Source: Planctomycetota bacterium
GTDB lineage: Bacteria > Planctomycetota > MHYJ01 > JACPRB01
Reading direction: 5' to 3'
Assembly: GCA_036383955.1 (NCBI GenBank)
Contig: DASVNH010000224.1
Location: 1,008-65,007, forward strand
Length of the DNA: 64,000 bases
The notes under the pieces are model-generated. The model was not told the origin of the DNA. It worked only from the letters and a program-made list of their open reading frames with translations, and did no database searches. Numbering within the stretch: the stretch's first letter is position 1; every line of letters begins with the position of its first letter. The translations under genes and the position numbers were made by a program. Shown one piece after another: positions 24,928 to 34,800 of the stretch.

Positions 24928-26850
24928 TCAGCGGAGCCAGCGCTTGAGCCAGGCCAGCACTTCGCCGTACCAGTGGACGGAGTTGCGCGGCTTGAGGATC
25001 CAGTGGTTCTCGTCGGGGTAGCAGACCAGCCGGGCCGGCAGGCCCATCGCCCGATGGACGTTGTACATCTGGAGACCCTGGTCGTAGGGCACCCGGTAGT
25101 CCTGTTCGCCGTGGATCACGAGCATCGGCGTCCGGAAGCCCTTCGCGTGGCGCATCGGATTCCAGCGGTCCATCCCGGCGAGGTTCTTCCACGGCTCCCC
25201 GCCCAGCGCCCGCGACCAGCCCTCCGTCACGTCGCTCGCCCACTCCATCTGGAGGTCGCCCACCCCGGCGTGGTTGACGATGCAGCGGAAGCGGTCCGTC
25301 TGCGAGGCGATCCAGCTCACGAGGTAGCCCCCGTAGGAACCCCCCGCCGCCGCCATCCTCTTCGGGTCGGCGATCCCCCGGCGGATCAGGCGGTCGGTGG
25401 CCGCCAGGATGTCGCGGTACGGTTGGTCGCCCCAGCGGCCCTGGATGCATCGCGCGAAGGTCTGCCCCCAGGACGTCGAGCCGTGAAAGTTCACGAGGGC
25501 CGCGACGTAGCCGCGCGCGGCGACGCAGTGCGGGTTCCAGCGCCAGTGCCAGGAGTCCCCGAAGATCCCGTGAGGCCCGCCGTGGACAAGGTGGACGAGC
25601 GGCCGGGGGCGAGGTCCCCCGCCCCCCGGAGGATGGACGAGGTACATCTGGACCGGGTCGCCGTCGGCGCCGACGACGACGTCCTCCTCGACCCGGCCGA
25701 GCTCCACGTCCCGCAGGGCCTCCTCGGTGAAGCGGGTCCGACGCCGCTCCGGGAGGAGCGAGCAGATCTCGGGCGGGCGGCGGAGGGAATCCACGGTGGC
25801 GAAGAGACGGCCGCCGGAGATTCGGAGATTCGAGTAGGTGCCGCCCCGGGCGAGCCGGCGCGGGGCGCCGCGGGCCAGCTTGAAGAGGCCCGTGCGGCCC
25901 TCGTCTTCCGCGACGACGAAGAGCCCGCCGGGGCCGAACTCCCACTCCTCGGCCGAGCGGTCCCAGTCCTCGGTGAGCAGCTCCTGCGTCCGACGCCGCC
26001 GGTCGTAGCGGACGAGGCGGACGCGGTCGGCGTAGAACTCCGGGTCCCGCTGGATGCCGTAGACGATGAAGCGCCCGTCGGGGGAGTAGACCGGCCGCTC
26101 GGCTTGGGCCGCTCCCGGCAGCGTGAGAGGGACGACCTTCCGCTCCGCGACGGAGAGCCGGAAGACGCCCCAGCGCAGCCGCCGGTGGGGCGGCCGGCTG
26201 CGGCAGGCCGCGAAGGCGATTTCCCGGCCGTCGGGGGAGATGCGGTACTGGCCCGTCGGGTCCATCAGGTCGAACCAGCGCTTCATCCGCAGCGTGAGGT
26301 CCGTCAGGGTCCGCGTCTCCAGGTCGAACGCGAAGAGGTGGTGAAAGCGGCCGTCGGTCAGCCAGCGGTCCCAGTGGCGGTAGACCCGGTCCTCGGTGAC
26401 CCGCGCCTTGACGGGCTCGTCGGCCCGCGCCTTGGCGAGCTTGCGGGTGCCTTCGACCGTGGGCGCGTCCCCCAGCAGGGGCACTAGGATGGCGAGGCGG
26501 CGGCCGTCGGGGAACCAGCGCGGATCCGCGCAGCCGAGGGGGAGGTCGGTCAGGCGCTCCGGCTCGCCGCCGTCGAGGGGCATCACGTGGAGCTGCGGCT
26601 GTTCCCCGTGCTTGCGGATGAACGCGAGGCGGCCGCCGTCGGGGCTGACGGCCGGCTGGCCGCTGTCCTGGTCGGCGGTCGTCAGGGCCCGGTGCTCCGG
26701 CTCCAGCCAGAGCCGCGTCGTCCCCTCGTTCGTCTCCATCGAGTAGGTGGTCACGGGCACGACGAAGCGCGCGCCGTCCGGTGCGGGACAGGGCGCGCCT
26801 ACTCGTGGAATCGCCCAGAGGTCCAGCGATGTCAGCGGGTGTTTCTTCAT
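24928..26850 (-). CDS. S9 family serine peptidase (prolyl oligopeptidase / acylaminoacyl-peptidase-like)
   Basis: It has an N-terminal beta-propeller-type region (repeated SPDG motifs) and a C-terminal GGSYGG nucleophile elbow, plus IHGEQDYRVP and ENHW. The likely start is ATG 26850 (MKKHPLTSL); the track ORF extends to 27090. Confidence 0.85.
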   Translation of the reverse strand: MKKHPLTSLDLWAIPRVGAPCPAPDGARFVVPVTTYSMETNEGTTRLWLEPEHRALTTADQDSGQPAVSPDGGRLAFIRKHGEQPQLHVMPLDGGEPERLTDLPLGCADPRWFPDGRRLAILVPLLGDAPTVEGTRKLAKARADEPVKARVTEDRVYRHWDRWLTDGRFHHLFAFDLETRTLTDLTLRMKRWFDLMDPTGQYRISPDGREIAFAACRSRPPHRRLRWGVFRLSVAERKVVPLTLPGAAQAERPVYSPDGRFIVYGIQRDPEFYADRVRLVRYDRRRRTQELLTEDWDRSAEEWEFGPGGLFVVAEDEGRTGLFKLARGAPRRLARGGTYSNLRISGGRLFATVDSLRRPPEICSLLPERRRTRFTEEALRDVELGRVEEDVVVGADGDPVQMYLVHPPGGGGPRPRPLVHLVHGGPHGIFGDSWHWRWNPHCVAARGYVAALVNFHGSTSWGQTFARCIQGRWGDQPYRDILAATDRLIRRGIADPKRMAAAGGSYGGYLVSWIASQTDRFRCIVNHAGVGDLQMEWASDVTEGWSRALGGEPWKNLAGMDRWNPMRHAKGFRTPMLVIHGEQDYRVPYDQGLQMYNVHRAMGLPARLVCYPDENHWILKPRNSVHWYGEVLAWLKRWLR

Positions 26851-27077
26851 CGGCGTTCGGAGGTCCCCTTGGAGCCGGTGGGTCCGTCGGGCTTCGACGA
26901 CGCGGCGCCCCGTCGCCGCCTCCTGGTCGAACCCCGACCGCGCCTCCGACATCCTCCCCGTATCTTCTCCTCCTCGACTTGCTTTTTCGCGCCAAAGCGA
27001 TGTCGATCCCCCCGGGGCGGGCCGCGCGCCATCGACGCCTCGCGACGGTTTGCGCATCGGATCCCGGTCCCTGCTGA

Positions 27078-27106
27078 TTGACAAGCCCAAGCCCCTGGGC
27101 TAAAGT
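27078..27106 (+). promoter_or_regulatory. sigma-70-type promoter TTGACA-17-TAAAGT (now driving only a tRNA fragment)
   Basis: TTGACA at 27078-27083 and TAAAGT at 27101-27106, with a 17-nt spacer, 24 nt upstream of the tRNA 5' end. Confidence 0.55.
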
Positions 27107-27130
27107 GCCCTACCCTCGTACCAGCAGTTT

Positions 27131-27168
27131 GGACAGGTAGCTCAGCTGGTAGAGCACTGCACTGAAAA
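27131..27168 (+). pseudogene. truncated tRNA-Phe (positions 1-38 only: acceptor 5' strand, D-arm, anticodon stem 5' strand and loop)
   Basis: GGACAGGTAGCTCAGCTGGTAGAGCACTGCACTGAAAA, then sequence unrelated to the tRNA. Confidence 0.85.
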
Positions 27169-27237
27169 GATTCTAAACGCGAAAAACAATGCGCAAATAG
27201 CGTTTGAAACGCCCAAAAGCGATGATTTCGCCCAGAA

Positions 27238-27257
27238 ATTAGGACAAATTAGGACAA
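27238..27257 (+). repeat. tandem ATTAGGACAA x2 just inside the left island end
   Basis: Read directly. A related ATTAGGACAA-AATAGGCCAA lies at 53656-53675 in the same orientation. TGCGCAAAT also occurs at both ends (27190-27198 and 53503-53511). Confidence 0.6.
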
Positions 27258-27345
27258 GGCGGTACCTCAGGATCCCGGCTGTTTTGGCCTTAGGTTCCCC
27301 TACCCCCCCAAAAAAATGCCCCCAGTGAAACCCAAAAGCATTAAA

Positions 27346-28566
27346 CTACGTGGTGCCAAGAACCCTGGGGTTACGAGTCGGCTTGAGGTTCTTCCGACTC
27401 AATTTCTTTCCATCCAACTCCCATTCCGGAGGTTTCACGGCAACTTCCTCGATTTGAATCTCTGCCTTATCCATGTCCTTGAATAACTCGGTGAAGTTAT
27501 CAATTACGGATTTCCGCATCATGACTTCCCCAAACTGCAAGGTCGCTCTTTGCACCATTGCAGGGTCTTCAAACTTTGCGTAGGGATCGGTGGTTTCAGC
27601 CCATCGATAAATTGGGTACGAAGGCGGGCATTCTTGGGGGCCGCAAGGAGGCTGCCACCTGCCGGGGCTTGTGCTCCTAAGCTTACCCTCGCGCACTCCT
27701 GGCGAGAAAAGTCGATTGTACTTAGCCTCGTGGTAATACCTCCCTGCCATAGGTAGTCCGGAATCAACAAATCTGGGAGGACTAAGCCGGTAAGTCTTTG
27801 TATCCGGATAATCCATATCCGCCAACTCGCCCTTGTAGATTGGATCCAACTCCCTTGCAATCTTGAAGATGTCGCGAAAGAGCTGAACATTCTGCTGATG
27901 AAACGGCTCATCCCAGACCGTATGCTGCACGTCTCCACGAACTCTTTGAACCATGGTGAATGTCTGAGTCCACAAAGCAATACCGGCCCCAGTGTTAAAG
28001 GCTCCTGCGACAAGTCCATTCGAGAATCCCTGTGCTTGCCGAATGAAATCCTGCAATTCATCCATTTGGTTGATTACCCGAGGTAAGTCTCTTCTGAATG
28101 TCTCTTCGTTCACCATCAATGGGCGTAGGATATTGCTTTTGGTGCCGATGGAAATCATTGCCGACTTGACCCGATCGTAGCTCAACTGCCCTTTTATTCT
28201 CGCCTCAAGAAGGTCAATAGCCTTAAACAGCTCACCGATTTGAGTAAGAATTGCAGTTACTCGCTGTTCGACGGCCTCAAGAGCACCTAAGGCCTTACTA
28301 AGAGCGGTGGGGATAGCATCGTTAGGACGACCAACGAGGTTATATCCCATGACCACAATCTGAGCGATAGCAATGATCTCAGCAAAGAAGTTCACGGACG
28401 GCGGGCTATTACCGTCACTAAGCCGAGCAAGGCTTTGCTGCGCCTCGGACATTTCTGGAATTACCCGACCTTCTTGATGATGCTTGTGACTCACCTTGCC
28501 GCGGGCTTTAACGCTCACGTTATCTCCATAAAAAGATATTACGACCGTACCAACTATTATGAACAA
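27346..28566 (-). CDS. hypothetical protein (orphan, low G+C); start 28566 or 28452
   Basis: A 406-aa ORF at about 50% G+C with no motif I can assign. The alternative ATG at 28452 gives MSEAQQSLARL. Confidence 0.5.
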   Translation of the reverse strand: MFIIVGTVVISFYGDNVSVKARGKVSHKHHQEGRVIPEMSEAQQSLARLSDGNSPPSVNFFAEIIAIAQIVVMGYNLVGRPNDAIPTALSKALGALEAVEQRVTAILTQIGELFKAIDLLEARIKGQLSYDRVKSAMISIGTKSNILRPLMVNEETFRRDLPRVINQMDELQDFIRQAQGFSNGLVAGAFNTGAGIALWTQTFTMVQRVRGDVQHTVWDEPFHQQNVQLFRDIFKIARELDPIYKGELADMDYPDTKTYRLSPPRFVDSGLPMAGRYYHEAKYNRLFSPGVREGKLRSTSPGRWQPPCGPQECPPSYPIYRWAETTDPYAKFEDPAMVQRATLQFGEVMMRKSVIDNFTELFKDMDKAEIQIEEVAVKPPEWELDGKKLSRKNLKPTRNPRVLGTT

Positions 28567-29005
28567 TCAAGAGTTTCCACGTCTAAGTCAAGCAATTACA
28601 CTCTTCCGCTTCAGTACACCCGGTAAGGATTTCGACGAGACGGCCCCCGACGCGATGACGGAGAAAATCTCCACCTACTTCGGAAAAGGCAAGCCGACCC
28701 GCTGCCTTTACCAGTACGACTTCGGCGGCGGCTGGGAACTCGACCCCATCTTGGAGGACGTCGTATCTCGGCCCGACAAACTCGGCCGACAGCTCCTGGA
28801 AGGGGCCCGGGCTTTTCCCCCTGACGACTGAGGCGGCATCGGCGGCTACGAGGAGTGCATCGACGTCGCTCTGGGGCACCGCAAGGACCCGGAATGCCTT
28901 AAGTGGCTCGACGGCTGGGAGCTGTCGTTCAATCTTCGGCAAGTCGAGAGGCTCTATTATCAGGCTAAGCTCTTCCTACAAGCGCATTACGAAGAGTATC
29001 TTTGA
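28559..29005 (+). pseudogene. PRiA4_ORF3-like (plasmid pRiA4b ORF-3 family) gene remnant, N-terminally truncated with an in-frame TGA
   Basis: YQYDFGGGWELDP matches the family YxYDFGDxWxH block. PPDD-TGA-GGIGGYEE matches the CPPEDCGGxxGYEE block, with TGA (28829-28831) at the Cys position. The frame stays open to TGA 29003-29005. The family consensus is recalled from memory. Confidence 0.6.
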
Positions 29006-29259
29006 GCTCGCTGACGGGGGCGTGCGGCCGCTCGACTCCCAGCACCTTCGGATATCGACATTTCCGACAATTAACGCTGCAGCTCCCTCCCGAAAGCCAA
29101 ACTTAGGTCCGGAAGGTGAGCGCGGTCCCCTTGGGTGGGCGCGGCTTGCCCTGAGACGCCCACCGGCGAGATCCCCGAGGGCGTAGACAAACACCGCGAC
29201 GGGGAGATGATTTCGCATGGCGACTTCGTCGGCGCTGCGGAAGTCTGTATAATGCTGCT

Positions 29260-30372
29260 GTGACCATCGCCAGCTTGTTCGTTCACACTATGCTTCTGGC
29301 GTGCTCGCTCCAGGCGGTGGATCTGGAAGCCGCAGAGGCTTTTCGGCCGTTCTGGAAGCCACTCAAGTTAGAAGCGAAGGAGCTGTCGGCGCGGGATATC
29401 CTGGCAAAGATTCAGCAGGAGAGCGGGGAAACTATCGACTTGCCTGACAAAGGATGGGCTCCCAAATCCATTTCCTTGAATCTGCGGGAGGCTACATTCT
29501 GGCAGGCAGTGGACGAAGTCTGTCGCTTGGATGGCAACTTGCGCCACCCTTTGAGTTCCGAGTCCTCGGGCATGGTTGCCGCCCCTTGGCGAGCAAATCC
29601 AACCTTCTTTCTCGGGCCGTTTCGCTTCACGATAGAGGACGTGGCTCGCGTACGTGAATTCCGATATCCAGACCGCTCGGACTATACGGAAGTAACGCTT
29701 CTTGTTCAGTGGACTAGCAGCTTCACCCCCGCACTTGATCCGTGGCCCAACCCTGGCCGTATCGAAGTTGTCAGCGCGGTAGACGAAGGTGGACGTTCCT
29801 TGCTCCCACAGGTGGACGCTGGAGGCACCTTCCTCCGGTCGCCGGACGGGACGTCCCAGAGGTCTTCCCGGTGGATCCTCCGGCTCCAACCTGTCGGCAA
29901 AACCGTAAAGGCTATTGGCCGACTCGATCTCACATGGAAAACTGTGCGACCCGATTCGATCACCCCAATCAACTTCGATAACCCGATGGGCTCAGAAGGT
30001 ATGACGCGTCGAGTGGGACCTTTTACGCTAACCCTTGAGAGGTGCGCGCGGGACCCCAGAGGAGGCGCAGGACTTGAGACCACACTCGTTCTTCGAATTG
30101 ATAAGTCCGAAGTGACACCAGAGCTCGGCCGTGACTTGCTGGAGGTGCCACTTGACCGCCGCGTTCTGAACTGGGTCAAGGTGGACGGAGTGTCCCGCCA
30201 TAGGCCGTTCAGATCCGTCGTGGATCCTAAAGATCCAAACAAGGCCATTTTCAAAACCTACCTTTCCGAACAAGTACCGCGCACAATCAGTATTCACGTG
30301 GCTACAGGGATATCCTCCCTTTCGGTTCCCCTCCGATTTAACGGGATCCGCTTGCCCGAGGACGGCCGATGA
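29260..30372 (+). CDS. hypothetical secreted protein, paralog A
   Basis: 370 aa with an N-terminal signal-like segment. It shares blocks with the next gene: FWQAVDEVCRLDG vs VWRFLDQLCEAHGG, GPFRFTIEDV vs GPFRIWIDKL, VTLLVQWTSSF vs MVLAVAWQPNV. Confidence 0.65.
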   Translation: MTIASLFVHTMLLACSLQAVDLEAAEAFRPFWKPLKLEAKELSARDILAKIQQESGETIDLPDKGWAPKSISLNLREATFWQAVDEVCRLDGNLRHPLSSESSGMVAAPWRANPTFFLGPFRFTIEDVARVREFRYPDRSDYTEVTLLVQWTSSFTPALDPWPNPGRIEVVSAVDEGGRSLLPQVDAGGTFLRSPDGTSQRSSRWILRLQPVGKTVKAIGRLDLTWKTVRPDSITPINFDNPMGSEGMTRRVGPFTLTLERCARDPRGGAGLETTLVLRIDKSEVTPELGRDLLEVPLDRRVLNWVKVDGVSRHRPFRSVVDPKDPNKAIFKTYLSEQVPRTISIHVATGISSLSVPLRFNGIRLPEDGR

Positions 30373-31634
30373 GCCTGCTGCTGTCCGTATTGGTAGCGGT
30401 TTCGTTTCCCCAGGAGGTCAATGTAGACCTCTTGGTTGAGCGCCTCGGTCACGAGGATCCCGATGCTCGCGATAAGGCAGAGAAGCGGTTACTCGAGATC
30501 GGGGAGACTGCGCGCCAAGGAGTCTTGCTGGCTTCATATTCGTCGAATGTCGAACTTCGCACTCGTGCAAGTCGGATTCTCGCCGCATGGGACCTCGTCG
30601 CGGTCCGTGAACGTTCCTTGGGGCCCGCTTGGAAGGTTACTTTGGCCGAAGGGGAATATGGTTTGGGAGACCTCCAGCGTGTGCTCACGGCTTTTGTCCC
30701 AGTTCCATTGGAGATGCCCGCAACTCTCGTTAACTCCCGCGTTCGGCTCGGTAAGGCAGATGGGACTCCTGTCTGGCGCTTTCTCGATCAGCTTTGCGAA
30801 GCACATGGAGGCCTAGCCATCCCGCTGGACCGACCCCAAAGTGCCTTTTCGCTTGTGGCCGGCAAGCCTTCCCGCGCACCGACCTGCTACGCGGGCCCCT
30901 TCCGCATATGGATCGATAAACTCACATTGGAAGCACGGCATCCTTACGGACAGGAGTGGAAAGGCGCCCGGATGGTACTCGCTGTCGCTTGGCAGCCAAA
31001 CGTCCACCCCATTGGGCGCGACTACCTGAGCGATGACTTCGATTTCAAGATCACGGAAATCACCGACGAAAAGGGCGCTTTGATCAAGGACCAACCCACG
31101 AGCGACCCGGAAGGTGAGGGATTCACGCATGATCGCACGTGGGAGAGCTGCTGGAGAAGGTCACAGGACTTTGCCTATCCCAAGGCAGAGGTGCGCCGAT
31201 TGGGCCGGATTAAGGGTAATATAAAGCTGGCTTTCCCCTCCACAGTCCGAATGGTGGAATTCTCGAATCCGTCGATAGCGGTTGGCAAGAAGAAAACCTT
31301 TGGCTCTAGTACGGTCGCATTGTCGTCCTACCAAAGGACGGAAGCAGGCGTTCTAGTAGAGCTACAATTCTCTCGCTCAGAGGATAAGGAGAAAGGGATC
31401 GGTCTGCTTTCTCGGTGGTCCAACTCTTCCATCAAGCTGCGAGGAAAGGACGGCTCTGCGGCCGTCCTCGAAGTTCGATCGAGATTTACCTCATCCGGAT
31501 CCGGCAACGAAGGTGCGCGGGTATCAGGTTTTTTCCCGCTCAAAGCTGAAGTGGAAAGTCTGAGCTTCCCATTTGTTGAAGATCATTTTGAACATGAGAT
31601 TCCATTTGAGTTTACTGACGTGGAACTGCCCTGA
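30369..31634 (+). CDS. hypothetical secreted protein, paralog B (N-terminal HEAT-like motif)
   Basis: 421 aa. Its ATG overlaps the upstream stop (ATGA). LGHEDPDARDKAEKRLLEIGETA is HEAT/PBS-lyase-like. It is paralogous to 29260..30372. Confidence 0.65.
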   Translation: MSLLLSVLVAVSFPQEVNVDLLVERLGHEDPDARDKAEKRLLEIGETARQGVLLASYSSNVELRTRASRILAAWDLVAVRERSLGPAWKVTLAEGEYGLGDLQRVLTAFVPVPLEMPATLVNSRVRLGKADGTPVWRFLDQLCEAHGGLAIPLDRPQSAFSLVAGKPSRAPTCYAGPFRIWIDKLTLEARHPYGQEWKGARMVLAVAWQPNVHPIGRDYLSDDFDFKITEITDEKGALIKDQPTSDPEGEGFTHDRTWESCWRRSQDFAYPKAEVRRLGRIKGNIKLAFPSTVRMVEFSNPSIAVGKKKTFGSSTVALSSYQRTEAGVLVELQFSRSEDKEKGIGLLSRWSNSSIKLRGKDGSAAVLEVRSRFTSSGSGNEGARVSGFFPLKAEVESLSFPFVEDHFEHEIPFEFTDVELP

Positions 31635-31871
31635 ACTGCGCTGCGTGCCGACCTAACGCTTTGGATTATTAGGCCATCGCCCCTCCAGCCGCAGTGGTAT
31701 TAACATTCTGTCGCTCTCCGGGGGCGCCGCTGCCGCTACCTCCGGCCCTTATGCCCTGCGGGCACCAGCAGGCCCGGAGGCTCACCTCACCGCTCCCCTC
31801 ACAAGGCGTGGAAGCGACACTGAAATCAAGTGAGTTCCTGTCGCACCTTGCGGGTTTCAAGCTGCGCCCCT

Positions 31872-34800
31872 CTAAGGACTGGTATAGGTGCCGTTCGCTT
31901 CGTGACCACATACACCCCCATTTGAATCCTTGCCTCCAATTCCAACACTTACCTGGATCAGTGGCGGACCAAGGGGGGCCTGGGCTCGTGGAGCCCAAGT
32001 GGAGCCACGTTCTGTGGGAAGACTAGCCTTCAACGGTTGTTTCTGAGCTTGTTGGCGGACATTCTCCTCAGCCGATTTCATTGTATCATTATTCTTTAGC
32101 GGGTCATAATACCCAGTCACCACTGGGCTTGGGAACATCGTCCTCCATTCCGGGTCCTCGAATGTCTCCCTCATTATTGGGAGTTTCCCAATCTTTCCCA
32201 AACCGTCAATTGGTTCGCGTAACTGGCTAATGTCCTGCTTTCCAGGGCGTTTGGCTCCTGGCTTCCCATCCAACCACCGCTTATACTCGGCCTCCGAGTA
32301 TGCTGGATCGGCCTGGTCGGGAACCAGAGTTGTAATTTCGATCTTGAACGTTACGACAAGATCCATATATGCCTCACCGGTGATTTCGGTTGTGCAGCGA
32401 TACTTGATCTTAAACCGGACGCCGGCGCTGAATCCAACCTGAGGCCACTTCTCCGCTCCGTCCAGATGCCATCCAAACGTTACGGCAGGCGACCCCTGCG
32501 GAGGCATTACAATTTCAACCTCGCACAGGCCCTCAGGATCAAGACTGCCGGTAGGCCTTGCCCCGACATACTCATAGAGATTATAGCCATCATGATAACC
32601 AATCGGATCCCTCTGAAGCCAACGTCCGAGCGTCGGGTGGTACTCGCGATTTCGTACCTGATAAGTCTTGGTAGCCCCCTGCCTATACCCCCCCATGAAC
32701 AGCTCGTTACCCGTATTATCCTTAGTAGCAACTGCCCACGCCGAAGTCCAGCGAGAGAATTGGCCATAGGCGTCGTACAGGTAGCGTATGTAAGTTGTGC
32801 CGCTAGTTTCCACAAGGCTGGTTACATTGTAATTAGCATCCTGCGTGTAGTAAATCCTTCGGTCGGTACCGTCGACGCAGTCTCCATCGCCGTCTTTGTT
32901 TTCGTCTCGCAGTACGACAGCATCAATATAACGTAGATCCCAAATGTACTGACACTTTGGAACGGTAGCCACAGTCGTCGTTGACGATGTATTGAGCAGC
33001 TCCCGCTCCTCAACCACCTGCCACTCACTCGTGTAGTAGTAATCCACCCGATTCACGGGAGATCCGCCAGCACTGGTAACTTCCCTTAGCTTTACAATGC
33101 GGCGGTGGAGGCCGTCGTACTTGTACCACTCTGTAATTGATGTACCTAAAGGAGAGGTGTCATTCTGAACCATGCGATTCCAGGCATCATACACGTAAAG
33201 CCGCAAATCGGAGGATACCGCGGCGCCTGGGGGAGCGGCCGCGATTACGTTACCGTTTTGATCCAATTGGCAATCGGCTCCGCCTGATCCGGCAGTTAAG
33301 TTAATTACAGTTGTCTCATTTGCTTTTGTATGATCGCGCGTCTCATCACGGGTGGTTGTTCCGGCGGTAGTTTGCACCAGTTGCTTCCAGTTGCCTGACC
33401 CTTCTAGGGTCCACGTTTCCTGAAAGCCAGGGGTACCGCTTATATCCGTTCGCCCAGCGTTTAGATCTCCACGCTTGTCCGTTGTTAGGCGATCCAGACC
33501 GTCCATTACGAAGTACTGATCCTTACCTAGCCCGTTCGCGGTCAGGTTGTCTCGAAAGGTACGGTTGGACGTGCGATCATAGCCATACTGATACTGGTCC
33601 TTAATAGCCGCAGAATCGGTTTGCCACTTGTGGTCGATGATTCTGCCGAACCTGTCCCAGCCAGTGGGGCTCCCCGTCCCTGTTCCATAGTCCAGGTTGA
33701 GCCCTCCCGTTACTTGAGGATGGGCGACTTTAACGATTCTTCCTAAGCCAAGGTAGGTGTACTGGGCGAACTTAGTTGTACCGGAGGCGTCATGAGCAAG
33801 GTTGTCGGGGCGTGAAAGCCTATCTCCTACTGTCCCAGAGGAAGGGTAATTCATGTACACCACGCGTCCGTTCGGGTACGACATCGAGGTTAACCGGATG
33901 TACTTTGCCTCTCCGCTTACGGCCCCGTCTGAAAAACTCTTGGTGTAGCCGGGGGCGCCCGTCGCAGTTCCCTCGTGCCCCTCAGTACGCCCGGTTTCCT
34001 GTCTCCACCCATCGTAGCTGAATCGAATCTCATTGAGAAGCGTACCGCCTGAAGTAGCACTGTAACTTCCAACTGTCACTCTTCGGGAGAGATCATCGTA
34101 GCCATACTCAATGCGCCTAATTGCCCCGTCAATGCCGGAGCCAAGCGTGCTGGCTTGGTCGGTCGAGAAGCGGCCAACAGTGTCATACGTGTAGGTGTGC
34201 GTCGTCGTATCCTGCTGCTTCTTCGTCAGCTTACGGCTAGCGTACTCGTAGGTGTATTCAATACGGTCATACGTTGCATCTGTGCCATTAGCAAACTTCG
34301 CGCCGGCAGAGCCGCCCGCATTGAACGTGTCGTCACTGTCGGGATAGATTTCTCCAACCAAGATATCGTTGCGCCAGACCGCCGGAGAGGCAAGATTCGC
34401 GTCCGTACCGTACCCGTACGTCGTAATCTGATCCTCTACGGTGCCCCCCTTTGGATTCTTCACCTTGATCTGAGAAAGCCTACCCGCGCTATCGTAGACG
34501 TGTTCGGTCGTACGATCCGAATCATACTCGGCGTTTCCCACGCTGCCATCAACGTAGTTACCGACGCTCTTCGTTGCCCTGGCAAGCATGTCAAAGGTGA
34601 CTTCTGTAACCCGAGCCTTGTTGTCTAATCTGCGATATGGTCGGCCTGCTGAGTCAAACTGAGTCTTTGCTACAAGGATGTTGTCGCTACTGTTCGGTTC
34701 AGGAGGTGTACTTGGCCTGGTAAACGTGGTATCCCCATTGTTGCCGTAATTGGCCTGATAAGTTTGGCGCCCCGCAATATCGAACCATGCCGCATAAAAC

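Larger units (their letters stand above)
27073..27168 (+). repeat. left direct repeat: tRNA-Phe promoter block + 5' half of tRNA-Phe
   Basis: A 46-nt block is identical to 53723-53768 except 1 nt. A 12-nt unrelated leader follows, then 38 nt identical to 53783-53820. Confidence 0.9.

Noticed and set aside
31669-31998. 109-aa minus-strand ORF overlapping the Rhs 3' end, as a possible immunity gene.
   Set aside because: It overlaps the Rhs C-terminal coding region by 127 nt in another frame, has a Trp/Cys/Gly/Ser-rich low-complexity composition and has no RBS.
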